Below are positions 21,754-31,205 of a stretch of 64,000 nt of DNA, one piece after another. Under the pieces are notes generated by a model. That model did not search any database. It was not told where the DNA came from and saw nothing but the letters and a program-made list of their open reading frames with translations. The first letter of the stretch is position 1. Each line of letters begins with the position of its first letter. The stretch comes from an uncultured delta proteobacterium (GTDB taxonomy: Bacteria; Desulfobacterota; Desulfobacteria; Desulfobacterales; QNYZ01): assembly GCA_963845145.1 (NCBI GenBank), contig CAWJQU010000005.1, positions 32,001 through 96,000 of the forward strand, read 5' to 3'. The position numbers were made by a program, and so were the translations under genes.

Positions 21754-22566
21754 TCAAATCTTCGGATTGAGTTTTTCAGAGAGCACATCTCCCATGATAT
21801 TAAAACAGAAAACCGTCAGGGCCAGGGCCAGTCCGGGATAAATGGCCATCCACGGTGCCAGCACAAGGTAGTTGCGGGCATCTTTCAACATTAGCCCCCA
21901 ACTGGGCGTGGGGGGTTGGGTGCCGAGGCCCAGAAAGGAAAGTGACGCTTCAATGACCACCGTCAGGGCAAACGTGATCGAGCATTGTACCACCAACTTT
22001 CCCAAGAGGTTGGGGATAATGTGTTTGACAACAATTTTAAAAATGGGGCTGCCCAAAGAGCGGGAGGCTTCCACATACCCCTCAGTTTTAATCACCAGGG
22101 TTTCGGCACGCACCAGGCGCGCAAAGACCGGGCTGAAAATAACCCCGATAGCAATCATGACCTGCAACAGACCATATCCAAGAAATGAAACGACGGTGAT
22201 GGCCAGTAGTATCGTCGGAAACGAGAGCAAGCTGTCCATCAAAAGCATTAGGACATTATCCGTCATTTTTCCGGATAGTGCTGCGACCAGCCCTACCAGC
22301 GATCCCAGAATAGCGGCAATGGCAACGGCAACAATACCCACGATCAACGCCGAGCGGGACCCGTATATGACCCGACTGATTACATCCCGCCCGAGATTAT
22401 CAGTGCCCAGCAGATGGGACGCAGACGGGGGTGAAAACCGTTCGCCCAGGTTCTGCGCGATGGGACTATAGGGTGCTATTTTAGGCGCCGCCATGGCGGC
22501 CGCGCCTAAAACAACCAGGAATAACATCGACAGATAAAATAGTATCTTCGAAGTGTTCATCTGCAT
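21754..22566 (-). CDS. Dpp/Opp-type ABC permease (DppC-like)
   Basis: HLLGTDNLGRD, YVEASRSLG, EASLSFLGLG, PSWG. Confidence 0.92.
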   Translation of the reverse strand: MQMNTSKILFYLSMLFLVVLGAAAMAAPKIAPYSPIAQNLGERFSPPSASHLLGTDNLGRDVISRVIYGSRSALIVGIVAVAIAAILGSLVGLVAALSGKMTDNVLMLLMDSLLSFPTILLAITVVSFLGYGLLQVMIAIGVIFSPVFARLVRAETLVIKTEGYVEASRSLGSPIFKIVVKHIIPNLLGKLVVQCSITFALTVVIEASLSFLGLGTQPPTPSWGLMLKDARNYLVLAPWMAIYPGLALALTVFCFNIMGDVLSEKLNPKI

Positions 22567-22572
22567 TGCCTA

Positions 22573-24093
22573 TTAATAAGGAGCGATATCCGTCCACCTG
22601 AAGTCAAATGTATCCAGGCTGGGTGTCATGATGAACTCACTGACATTTTTCCTGATGCCGATGCGTCGAAAGGAGGAGCCGAGAAACATGAAAGGAACTT
22701 CTTCCGCCATCAGCTGCAGGGCCTGATCATATAGTTTTTTACGATTTTCAAACCCATCCGTTTTCGCTGCCGTGGCAATGAGTTCGGCGGCTTTGGGATT
22801 GTCCCAGCGTACATATCGTTTTTCCTTGACGCCGTAGTCGGCAAGCGTCCCATGGGGATCGAGTTTACCGGTGTGGCCAATGGCGGTGAAATCGAATTTT
22901 GCCTGACGGTAAACATCTCCGATCCAGGTAGACCAGTCCACCAGCTTGATCTTTACATTCAACCCCACTTTGGTCAGCATATCCTGGTAAATTTCCCCCG
23001 CCTTGACATGGGGCGGATAGTTCTGGGGCAGAAACATTTCCAGTACCGTATCTTTACCCACACCGGCTTGGGCCAGAAGCGCTTTGGCTTTTTCCGGGTC
23101 ATACGGATAAAGTTGGGTGAAATCTTTATAATAGGCATTGCTGTAGTCCATGAAGGTGCCAACCGGTTCTCCGCCACCGTAAGCGACATCCAACACTTTC
23201 TGCTTGTCGATGGCATGGTTTATGGCTTGCCGCACACGCAAGTCGTCCAAAGGCGGTCGGCTGCAGTTCATGGGCATGACCATGATCAGCGAAGTCAAAT
23301 TCTTTTTGATCTCAACCTCCGGGCTGCTGGACAGCAGGGAGACATCCTCCTGATCGATTATATAGCTGACATCAATCTGACCGGAAATCAAACCTTGGAC
23401 CTGGACGGCCCGCTCCGGAATAATGTGCATGATCACACGATCCAATTTAGGAAGGTCTTTCATCCAGTAATTTTTATTTTTCCCAAGGACAATTTTCCCA
23501 TCCCGGACCCACTCGGTGAGCATAAAAGGGCCTGTCCCAATTGGTTTGGCGGAAAAATCGTGGCCACTCTCAATCAAGCGCTTGGGCAAGATCGCCCCCC
23601 AGCCGGAAGCCAGTGTCCCAAGCAGCGGGGACGAGGGCGCCGAAAGCGTCAATACAACGGTATAATCGTCCGGCGTCTCGATACCGGTGATAGGTGCAAA
23701 CTCATTGGCATTGGGCGATCCGATTTCTTTATTTTTAATGCGTTCAAAGGTGGCCTTGACATCTTTGGCGGTCAACTTGTCACCGTTATGAAAAACAACC
23801 CCCTTACGAAGGTTGAAGGTCCAGGTCTTGCCATCATCGCTCACCACCCAATTTTCAGCCAGGGCCGGGACGATCTTTCCGGTTCGATCCGGTTCGGCCA
23901 GCGTGTCATAAACGCTTTTCAATGTCTGAAAGGTCAGCGTTCCCGAAGTTTTGTGGGGATCCAATGTGTCGGGATTTCCCGAGAGGGCGAAGTTGAGCGC
24001 TTTGGTGCCTTTGGCGAGAACGGTGCCGGTGATGCCGCTCAATAGTAATACCGTTATTGTAATGACAAGGGTAAAAACCAGGTTTTTTTTCAT
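22573..24093 (-). CDS. Dpp/Opp-type ABC substrate-binding protein (family 5)
   Basis: Signal peptide MKKNLV..., TLDPH, PALAENW, GVVFHNG, PIGTGPF, RVRQAI. AGGAGG RBS before ATG 24093. Confidence 0.92.
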   Translation of the reverse strand: MKKNLVFTLVITITVLLLSGITGTVLAKGTKALNFALSGNPDTLDPHKTSGTLTFQTLKSVYDTLAEPDRTGKIVPALAENWVVSDDGKTWTFNLRKGVVFHNGDKLTAKDVKATFERIKNKEIGSPNANEFAPITGIETPDDYTVVLTLSAPSSPLLGTLASGWGAILPKRLIESGHDFSAKPIGTGPFMLTEWVRDGKIVLGKNKNYWMKDLPKLDRVIMHIIPERAVQVQGLISGQIDVSYIIDQEDVSLLSSSPEVEIKKNLTSLIMVMPMNCSRPPLDDLRVRQAINHAIDKQKVLDVAYGGGEPVGTFMDYSNAYYKDFTQLYPYDPEKAKALLAQAGVGKDTVLEMFLPQNYPPHVKAGEIYQDMLTKVGLNVKIKLVDWSTWIGDVYRQAKFDFTAIGHTGKLDPHGTLADYGVKEKRYVRWDNPKAAELIATAAKTDGFENRKKLYDQALQLMAEEVPFMFLGSSFRRIGIRKNVSEFIMTPSLDTFDFRWTDIAPY

Positions 24094-24178
24094 GACGGCC
24101 TCCTTTGCAGGTGGGGTGGTTATAGTGGGGTAGTCTCCTCTTTCTATAACGAAATCATAAAACAAATAATAACAGCAT

Positions 24179-25174
24179 TCAGGAAACTTTACACGCTTTG
24201 GTTTTGATATTGAAACAAGCCACCTTATGACCGCCCTTAACCGTTTTCAGTTGTGGTTCATGGCGGCGGCATTCCCTATTTTCAATCAGGCAACTGTCGA
24301 CACAATTGCAACCTGTGTTAACGGCAATTGTTTTATTCTCTTTTTCCCCGGGGATATCATCCGGTTCGGCCCAATCGTCTGAACTCGTGGTGGTTGCCAT
24401 ACCCGGCACCGATGAAAAAAGTCTCATCGTGTAAGGATGCATGGGACACGTCATTATTTCTTCTGTATACCCGGTTTCAACCAGGCGACCTTGGTACATT
24501 ACACCGATCCGGTCGCTCAGGTAGGAGACAAGGTTGAGGTCGTGCGAAATAAACAGATAGGTCAATCCCAGGACCTCCTTCAAATCCTGGAGCAAGTTGA
24601 TGATCTGGGCCTGGATGGATACATCCAGATTGGATACCGGCTCATCCAGGATCAAAAAATCAGGCTCCATGCAAAGGGCTCGGGCAATAACGATGCGCTG
24701 CTTCTGGCCGCCGGAAAATTCATGGGGATAACGCGAGCTGTGCGAAGGTGATATACCCACAAGGTCTAACATCTTGGCCACTTGGCTTCTCCGGTGATCC
24801 TTATCGAAGCCAAGATTGACGAGCCCCTCCTCAAGGCTGTTCTGGATTTTCATCTTGGGGTTGAGGGCACTGTTGGGGTCCTGAAAGACGATTTGCATCC
24901 GTTTACGAAAAACCCGCAACTCGGCGCGAGACAGGTCACCAAGTAACGAATTATCGATCCACACTTCACCGGCCGTCGGTGGATCCAGATACAGCAGAGA
25001 CCGGACCAATGTGGTCTTGCCGCAACCCGACTCACCCACCAGCCCAAAAACGCTGTTTTTTTCTATCCCGATGCTGACCCGGTCCACGGCTCTGACGGCG
25101 CTATTCGGGTTTTTAATGATGCCATGACCATAGAAGGTCTTCTCAAGCTCTTTTATCTCTACAAATCTACGCAT
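24179..25174 (-). CDS. Dpp/Opp-type ABC ATPase (DppF-like)
   Basis: [34 protein letters not shown]. Confidence 0.92.
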   Translation of the reverse strand: MRRFVEIKELEKTFYGHGIIKNPNSAVRAVDRVSIGIEKNSVFGLVGESGCGKTTLVRSLLYLDPPTAGEVWIDNSLLGDLSRAELRVFRKRMQIVFQDPNSALNPKMKIQNSLEEGLVNLGFDKDHRRSQVAKMLDLVGISPSHSSRYPHEFSGGQKQRIVIARALCMEPDFLILDEPVSNLDVSIQAQIINLLQDLKEVLGLTYLFISHDLNLVSYLSDRIGVMYQGRLVETGYTEEIMTCPMHPYTMRLFSSVPGMATTTSSDDWAEPDDIPGEKENKTIAVNTGCNCVDSCLIENRECRRHEPQLKTVKGGHKVACFNIKTKACKVS

Positions 25175-26180
25175 GCTTTCCGATCATGTGACAGGCGGAT
25201 GAATGGCTATCACCATAATCCATTGTTTCAGGTATTTCCAGGCGGCACCGATCCTGGGCCAGGGCGCAACGCGGGTGAAAACTGCACCCCTGGGGTATAT
25301 TTTCAGCATCGGGCACGGCACCCGGTATGGCTTGTAACCGCTGCCCCCGTTTCCCGGTATCGGGAATGGATTGTAAAAGGGCCTGCGTATAGGGATGCAG
25401 GGTGTTCTCGAAAAGGGACCGATTGGGTGCCGATTCGATAATTTTTCCGGCATATATGACCGATATTTTATCGGCAATTTCACGAACGATGCCCAGATTG
25501 TGCGAAATAAAGAGAATTCCCATGGAATATTGTTCTTTGAGGTTTCGGATGAGTTTCAGAATCTGTAGCTGCAAGGTGACATCCAACGCAGTTGTCGGCT
25601 CATCGGCGATTAACAGGGCGGGGTTGCAGCAAATCGCCATGGCGATCATGGCGCGCTGCTTCATGCCGCCTGAAAGTTCATGGGGATAACTTTTCAATAC
25701 GCGTTTATTTTTACCCAGGCCGACCACGTTTAAAAATTCAAGGGTTTTGTCGATCGCCGGCTGTTTTTTCATCTGCAGGTGTAGCATCAGCATCTCGACA
25801 ATCTGCTGACCTATTTTAAGAGAGGGGTTCAGGTACTTGGCCGGCTCCTGGAAAACCATGGCGATCTCTTTGCCCCTTATCTGCCGCATTTCCCCCTTAG
25901 ACAATCCCATTAGGTTCCGTCCCTGAAACATCATGGCTTCGGCGTTAATACGACCCGGGGGTGTGGGGACAAGCCCCATGATGCTCATGGAGGTCACCGT
26001 TTTGCCGGAACCCGATTCGCCCACTAGGGCATGGATTTCACGGGTGGAGAGCGTTAAGTCTATGTCTCTCAGAGCGTGCGCATCTCTTCCGGATTGGATA
26101 AACCTGACATCCAGATGACGTATTTTCAATAGGTCCCCATCACTGTTCTGGGCACTATTTTGGCCATTGTTCCGGTTCAC
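25167..26180 (-). CDS. Dpp/Opp-type ABC ATPase (DppD-like)
   Basis: GESGSGKT, LSGGMKQR, DEPTTALDVT, GCSFHPRC. Confidence 0.92.
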   Translation of the reverse strand: MNRNNGQNSAQNSDGDLLKIRHLDVRFIQSGRDAHALRDIDLTLSTREIHALVGESGSGKTVTSMSIMGLVPTPPGRINAEAMMFQGRNLMGLSKGEMRQIRGKEIAMVFQEPAKYLNPSLKIGQQIVEMLMLHLQMKKQPAIDKTLEFLNVVGLGKNKRVLKSYPHELSGGMKQRAMIAMAICCNPALLIADEPTTALDVTLQLQILKLIRNLKEQYSMGILFISHNLGIVREIADKISVIYAGKIIESAPNRSLFENTLHPYTQALLQSIPDTGKRGQRLQAIPGAVPDAENIPQGCSFHPRCALAQDRCRLEIPETMDYGDSHSSACHMIGKHA

Positions 26181-27101
26181 TTAACTGATCCGAATTCTTG
26201 GATTGAGAACACTGTACAAAATATCCACTGCAAAATTGATAAGTGAAAAGACAAAGGCCACAAATACGACCCCGCCCTGGATAACTGGAAAATCGCGCTG
26301 GTAGACGGCGAAAAGAAACAGCCTTCCCAGCCCGGGGAGAGAGAACACCTGCTCAATGATAATCGCGCCTCCCAGCATATAGCCCAATTGTATCCCGGCG
26401 ATCGTAATCACCGGCAACAGTGCATTCTTAAGGGCATGTTTGTAATGGACCATTCTTTCGGTCAGCCCTTTGGCCCGGGCGGTGACGATATACTCCTTAC
26501 TAAGCTCTTCGATCATGGAGGCCCGCGTCAATCGGAGCAAGACCGCCGCCCGCGCAATCCCCAGGGATATGGCAGGGAGGATCAGATGGTTGACGCTTCC
26601 CGAGCCGAACAATGGAAATACCCTAAATTTAATGGAAAACAATAGCAGGAGCAAAATGCCCAGCCAGAAACTGGGTATGGCCATACCGACCTGGGAAAAC
26701 AACATCCCGAAATAATCCCAGAACGACCAGCGACGAACGGCTGAAATGACCCCCAAGGGAATGGCGATAATAATGGAAAGTACGATCCCCAAAACGGCCA
26801 GGGAGAGTGTGAGCGGAAATCGCTCCATGACCAACTGACTGACCGGCCGCCCGGAAATCATGGAATTTCCAAAATCAAACCTGAACACATCCCAGACCCA
26901 ATTCAGGTATTGGCTAATCATGGGCCTGTCGGTTCCCAGCTTGGCACGAATGGCGTCAATATCGCTCTCGGCGGCGTCCACACCGGCGATGGTCAATGCC
27001 GGATCTCCGGGAATGACCCGGATCACCAGGAAAACAATGGTTGAAATAATCAGGACCGTCAGAATCAACCGCCCCAGGCGTCGTAGGACAAAGCGTAGAA
27101 T
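26181..27101 (-). CDS. Dpp/Opp-type ABC permease (DppB-like), probable ATT start
   Basis: IPGDPA, DFGNS, RFPLTL, TARAKGL, HALKNA, EQVFSLPGLG. The typical N-terminus xLRFVLRRL begins at ATT 27101-27099. Confidence 0.9.
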   Translation of the reverse strand: MLRFVLRRLGRLILTVLIISTIVFLVIRVIPGDPALTIAGVDAAESDIDAIRAKLGTDRPMISQYLNWVWDVFRFDFGNSMISGRPVSQLVMERFPLTLSLAVLGIVLSIIIAIPLGVISAVRRWSFWDYFGMLFSQVGMAIPSFWLGILLLLLFSIKFRVFPLFGSGSVNHLILPAISLGIARAAVLLRLTRASMIEELSKEYIVTARAKGLTERMVHYKHALKNALLPVITIAGIQLGYMLGGAIIIEQVFSLPGLGRLFLFAVYQRDFPVIQGGVVFVAFVFSLINFAVDILYSVLNPRIRIS

Positions 27102-27143
27102 AGTTCCGATTCCTTATTAAAGCGATATGGGTAAACTTTGGTT

Positions 27144-27890
27144 TTATATGGCCAGGCTCCGTCCTGTCTGCGCCAGCTCAACCGGGCCGTCAAATACCTC
27201 GGCGGCCTGCTTTACAAGATCCGAGTGGTTACCGAAGTGCGGCAAATGCGACAATACCAACTTGGCCACGTTGGCTTCTCTAGCGACTCGGCCGGCCTCT
27301 CCGGCTGTCAGATGACCGGGAACAACCCCCTTGTACTCATCGTATAAGCTGGATTCGCATATCAAAAGGTCGGCATCCCGAGCGGCATCAATCAGTGTCT
27401 CGGTCCACTCGGTATCGGCGATATAGGTCAAAACACGCCCCATTTTTTCAACCCGCATGGAATAGCAAGGTGCCGGATGATTATTGCGCCAGAAGGAAAA
27501 AGTGTTTTCTCCCAAATGAAGCGACGTATGGGTGTCGATGGCCCGGCCCACACAATATTCAAGATAGCTTAGACCGGCAAAATGGTCATCTTCGGCATGG
27601 CCGTAAACAACCAGGGGCTTTTTTCGTCTACCCAGTGTCATCGACACACGGGAAGCATATTGCAAACAGTACAGATCGGCCACATGATCCGCATGATAGT
27701 GAGAAAGGACAACAGCATCGATTTCATCCAACTCTATATGTTTTTGTAGCTGTGACAAAACCCCCGATCCGCAATCGATAAGTATACGGCGCCCGCCGGA
27801 TTGAAGCAGATACCCCGAGGTGGCTTCCCCCGGACCGGGGTATGCGCCCCACCAGCCGATGATTTTTATTTGAAAAATTTGCGCATCCAT
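27144..27890 (-). CDS. MBL-fold metallohydrolase (YhfI/RNase Z-like)
   Basis: GWWGAYP, DCGSG, SHYHADH, ADT, GHLT, LSHLP. Confidence 0.88.
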   Translation of the reverse strand: MDAQIFQIKIIGWWGAYPGPGEATSGYLLQSGGRRILIDCGSGVLSQLQKHIELDEIDAVVLSHYHADHVADLYCLQYASRVSMTLGRRKKPLVVYGHAEDDHFAGLSYLEYCVGRAIDTHTSLHLGENTFSFWRNNHPAPCYSMRVEKMGRVLTYIADTEWTETLIDAARDADLLICESSLYDEYKGVVPGHLTAGEAGRVAREANVAKLVLSHLPHFGNHSDLVKQAAEVFDGPVELAQTGRSLAI

Positions 27891-27979
27891 CAAGGTTGGC
27901 TCTTTCAGCTCCTATCAAGGGGGTCGCTTACACCTGGTCGCTCCAATAACGAAAACCGGAAATACCGTGGCCACCATCT

Positions 27980-28666
27980 TTACAAGAAGGCTTTAATTTG
28001 ACCCAGATTCTGGATGATTGGCACGCCGTCGATCTCCTCGATGCCCAGCTTATCAAAACGATTAATGATGAGGACTTGCATACCGGCCTTCAAGCCGCCA
28101 ACAGCATCGTCATAGAAATTATCCCCCACATAGAGGCATTCATGTGGTTTGACAGCGGCTTTTTTCATGGCAGTATTAAAGATTTCCGGATCCGGCTTGC
28201 TGATGCCGATTTCGGATGAGATGATGCAATGGTCAAAATATTCGCTAAGACCATACTGCCCAAGCAGGTCTCTGGCGGTATGATCCCAATTTGAGATCAC
28301 ACCCATGTGCAGGGATTTTTTTCTTAATTCTGTCAGCACTTCATGCACATTGTCAAAAGGCGCCCAATAGTTTTCGGTTGTATTCTGGATTTTCTCCCAG
28401 CAGGCATCCATTTTGTAAAGATCCAGTTTGAGCCCCAGACGATGGTTTAAAATACCCAGAAACCAAGGCATGACGGTGTATCTTTCATTTAGAAAAACAC
28501 CTGGATACTCCCGCATAAACAACTTATCCACCCAGTGAAATTCTTTTTCCAGGGTCTCGATGCTCACCTCTTCGCCGAAACAGCGCAGTGCCTCCTGGTA
28601 AGTTACCTCGCGTTTCATGTGGAGTAGGGTGTATCCGATATCGAACCAGATATATGAAAATTTCAT
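27980..28666 (-). CDS. HAD superfamily hydrolase
   Basis: FDIGYTL, ISNWD, KPDPEIF, YVGDNFYDD. Confidence 0.88.
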   Translation of the reverse strand: MKFSYIWFDIGYTLLHMKREVTYQEALRCFGEEVSIETLEKEFHWVDKLFMREYPGVFLNERYTVMPWFLGILNHRLGLKLDLYKMDACWEKIQNTTENYWAPFDNVHEVLTELRKKSLHMGVISNWDHTARDLLGQYGLSEYFDHCIISSEIGISKPDPEIFNTAMKKAAVKPHECLYVGDNFYDDAVGGLKAGMQVLIINRFDKLGIEEIDGVPIIQNLGQIKAFL

Positions 28667-28908
28667 TCTAAATCTCTATTATTAGAAACAGATGTGCATG
28701 TAAATTAAAAATCGATGAGATTTTATATTCTGAATTTTACGTCTAAGGGAGGAAGTTTTACAGAAAAACCGGAAAAAAGTAAACCTGGTTCGCATAAATT
28801 AACAGGGCAACCACAAGGGATTGCCATTTGACTCTACCTCAGATTGGTATACAATGGCCACCAGGTTGAAAATACTTCATTTTTAAAAAAAATCGAATCC
28901 ATGCAGAT

Positions 28909-29769
28909 ATGAGGGGCAACATCGAAGAGAACAGCGAAAAACAAGGCACCTTTACCGGCCACGATGGGCTCACACTCTTTTATCGCCATTACCAAGCCAC
29001 TGATGAGTGTGCTCGGATAGTGATCGCCCATGGCCTGGGCGAACACTCCGGTCGGTATGGCAATGTTGTTAACCGGCTGGTTCCCGCCAACAACTCTGTT
29101 TGGATTGCGGATCATCGCGGGCATGGACAAAGCGGGGGTAAAAAAGGCCATGTATTGAGGTTTGACGACTATCTTCAGGATTTGCGCTTGATTGTGAATA
29201 TGGCGCGAGAAGGCCTTCCGGAGAATAGAAAAATCTTTTTGCTGGGCCACAGCATGGGCGGGCTCATCGCCCTTTCTTTTGCGCTGCAATACCCCGAGTT
29301 AATTGATGGGGTGATCGCATCTTCACCTGGGTTGGGGGCGGCTTTTGAGGTGCCGATGGTTCAACGTACAATTGGCCGAATCATGTCGGTTATTTGGCCG
29401 GGGCTGTTGTTACCCAATGGGTTTGATGCGACAAAAATCAGCCGTGAAGAAAGCGTTGTTCATACTTACTTAAACGACCCGCTGGTTCATGACAAGGTTA
29501 GTGCCAGATGGTTTACTGAAATAATATCCACTATGGCAGAGGTGAACCGCCAAGCTTCGCATATAGAGATCCCGGTGCTGATGCAAGTGGCCGGTGATGA
29601 CCGCCTCGTCAGTGCCGAATCCAGTATGCATTTCTTTAAAAATCTTACGGTTGAGGATAAGACGCTTCATGTTTATGACGGCCTGTATCATGAGGTGTAC
29701 AATGAATTGAACGAGCCACGCCAAAAAGTACTCGATGATCTGACGGCCTGGCTGGCAAACCACCTTTAA
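28909..29769 (+). CDS. Alpha/beta hydrolase, lysophospholipase/monoglyceride lipase-like
   Basis: HGLGEHSGRY, DHRGHG, GHSMGG nucleophile elbow, DDRLV, YHEVYNE. Confidence 0.88.
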   Translation: MRGNIEENSEKQGTFTGHDGLTLFYRHYQATDECARIVIAHGLGEHSGRYGNVVNRLVPANNSVWIADHRGHGQSGGKKGHVLRFDDYLQDLRLIVNMAREGLPENRKIFLLGHSMGGLIALSFALQYPELIDGVIASSPGLGAAFEVPMVQRTIGRIMSVIWPGLLLPNGFDATKISREESVVHTYLNDPLVHDKVSARWFTEIISTMAEVNRQASHIEIPVLMQVAGDDRLVSAESSMHFFKNLTVEDKTLHVYDGLYHEVYNELNEPRQKVLDDLTAWLANHL

Positions 29770-29894
29770 CCGGCGGCAACTTAACATCTTTTGCCGGTCA
29801 GATCCTTGATTTGCTATATTGCGATATAAGCCACCGTTTTGAGCGTGGCACTCTAAAATATAGTAAGCAAGCCCCGCTTCCCTGCCAAAATAGC

Positions 29895-29922
29895 AAAGGG
29901 GGCCCAGTGAAAGCCCCCTTTT
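29895..29922. terminator. Probable bidirectional terminator between the convergent lipase and qmoC
   Basis: aaagggggc-N9-gcccccttt(t) stem with A and T tails. Confidence 0.65.
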
Positions 29923-29953
29923 ATCACAAACCATACCCGTTTTCGGTTAGAAA

Positions 29954-31102
29954 CTACTTCCGCCCAATGTACTCATTATAGGTCATGGCCACGGTCCGAT
30001 AAACCAGATGGCCCAATTTGGAAAAAGGCGTATAGGCGAACAAGGCCCATATGAATAACAAGTGGAAAAAATAGACTATATTGGAGACGGGGAAGATTCC
30101 CGCCAGCCTGGCCATCTCGGTCAGCATCCCGGTAATGCCCAGAGCAAACGCCAGCCCGACCAAATACCAATCCCAGTAGGTGGTGAGCAGATCTTTACGA
30201 GACAGACGGTTTTTGATCAACAAAATGGAACCGATGACCAGCGAAATCCCGGCAATATTGCCCAGCCATTTGATCGGATTGAATTGGGAATAGGGTCCCT
30301 CAATATGAAACACCCATTCCGCAATGAAAAAAGAGGCTGTCACGATAAACAACCCGATAAATCCGAACAATACCATCATGTGGGCCGTCGCACGATCCTT
30401 GTTCTCACTGCACTCGTTGAATTTGCTATGGGCTAAAATCGTGGGAACTGTTCGTACCAGGGCCTGAACGAATCCGATCGGATCGATTTTCTCCTTGTCG
30501 GTTTTACCGTCGGCCAGGGCGTTGGCGTGCATATCTTTAACAAACTGCATCAACCCCAGGGCAAAGATGATAATCGCGGCATTAAAAGTGGGTATCATGA
30601 TGATATCCACCAGGTAGTTATTGATAAAATCAGACTGCCATACCTGCTCGGCTCCCGGAAAAGGATGAAACCACCCCAGTCCCACGATATTGGAAATTAA
30701 CCCCAGAACGATAAATATCGCCGCCGGAATGGCCAGCAATATCGGCAGTTTTTTTGGATCACTGACGAGTTTAGCAATCCCTTTGGGCCGGGCATACTCA
30801 TAAATCGTTAACTGACGCAGGGCCGCCAGGACATCACCCGGCTTGGCCCCCCGGGGGCAAAGGCTCGTGCAGTCGCCGCAGTTATGACACAGCCAGACAT
30901 CGCCATTGCCCACAAGCTTATTCTTTAAACCCCACGAAGCGGCAATCATCTCTTTGCGGGGAAAGGGGCGTGTATCCGGTGAGATGGGGCAGGCCACGGC
31001 ACACGTGGCACACTGATAACATTTTTTCAGGTCTCCCCCGCCAAGGGCGGCCACTTCGTTAATAAAGCCGACATCAGGTTCAACCAGATATGCGTCCGCC
31101 AT
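29954..31102 (-). CDS. qmoC: Quinone-interacting membrane-bound oxidoreductase subunit C
   Basis: CYQCATCAVACP and CHNCGDCTSLCP ferredoxin motifs, TM helices with His, and PFSKLGH. Located after qmoAB. Confidence 0.95.
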   Translation of the reverse strand: MADAYLVEPDVGFINEVAALGGGDLKKCYQCATCAVACPISPDTRPFPRKEMIAASWGLKNKLVGNGDVWLCHNCGDCTSLCPRGAKPGDVLAALRQLTIYEYARPKGIAKLVSDPKKLPILLAIPAAIFIVLGLISNIVGLGWFHPFPGAEQVWQSDFINNYLVDIIMIPTFNAAIIIFALGLMQFVKDMHANALADGKTDKEKIDPIGFVQALVRTVPTILAHSKFNECSENKDRATAHMMVLFGFIGLFIVTASFFIAEWVFHIEGPYSQFNPIKWLGNIAGISLVIGSILLIKNRLSRKDLLTTYWDWYLVGLAFALGITGMLTEMARLAGIFPVSNIVYFFHLLFIWALFAYTPFSKLGHLVYRTVAMTYNEYIGRK

Positions 31103-31205
31103 ATCTATAACCTCCTGTTTTGCTTTATGAACCGAGCAGACAACCAGTATCTGCTCAACCCTAAATTTTTATATTTGAAAACCTTAATTATCAATCTGGA
31201 CCGAA

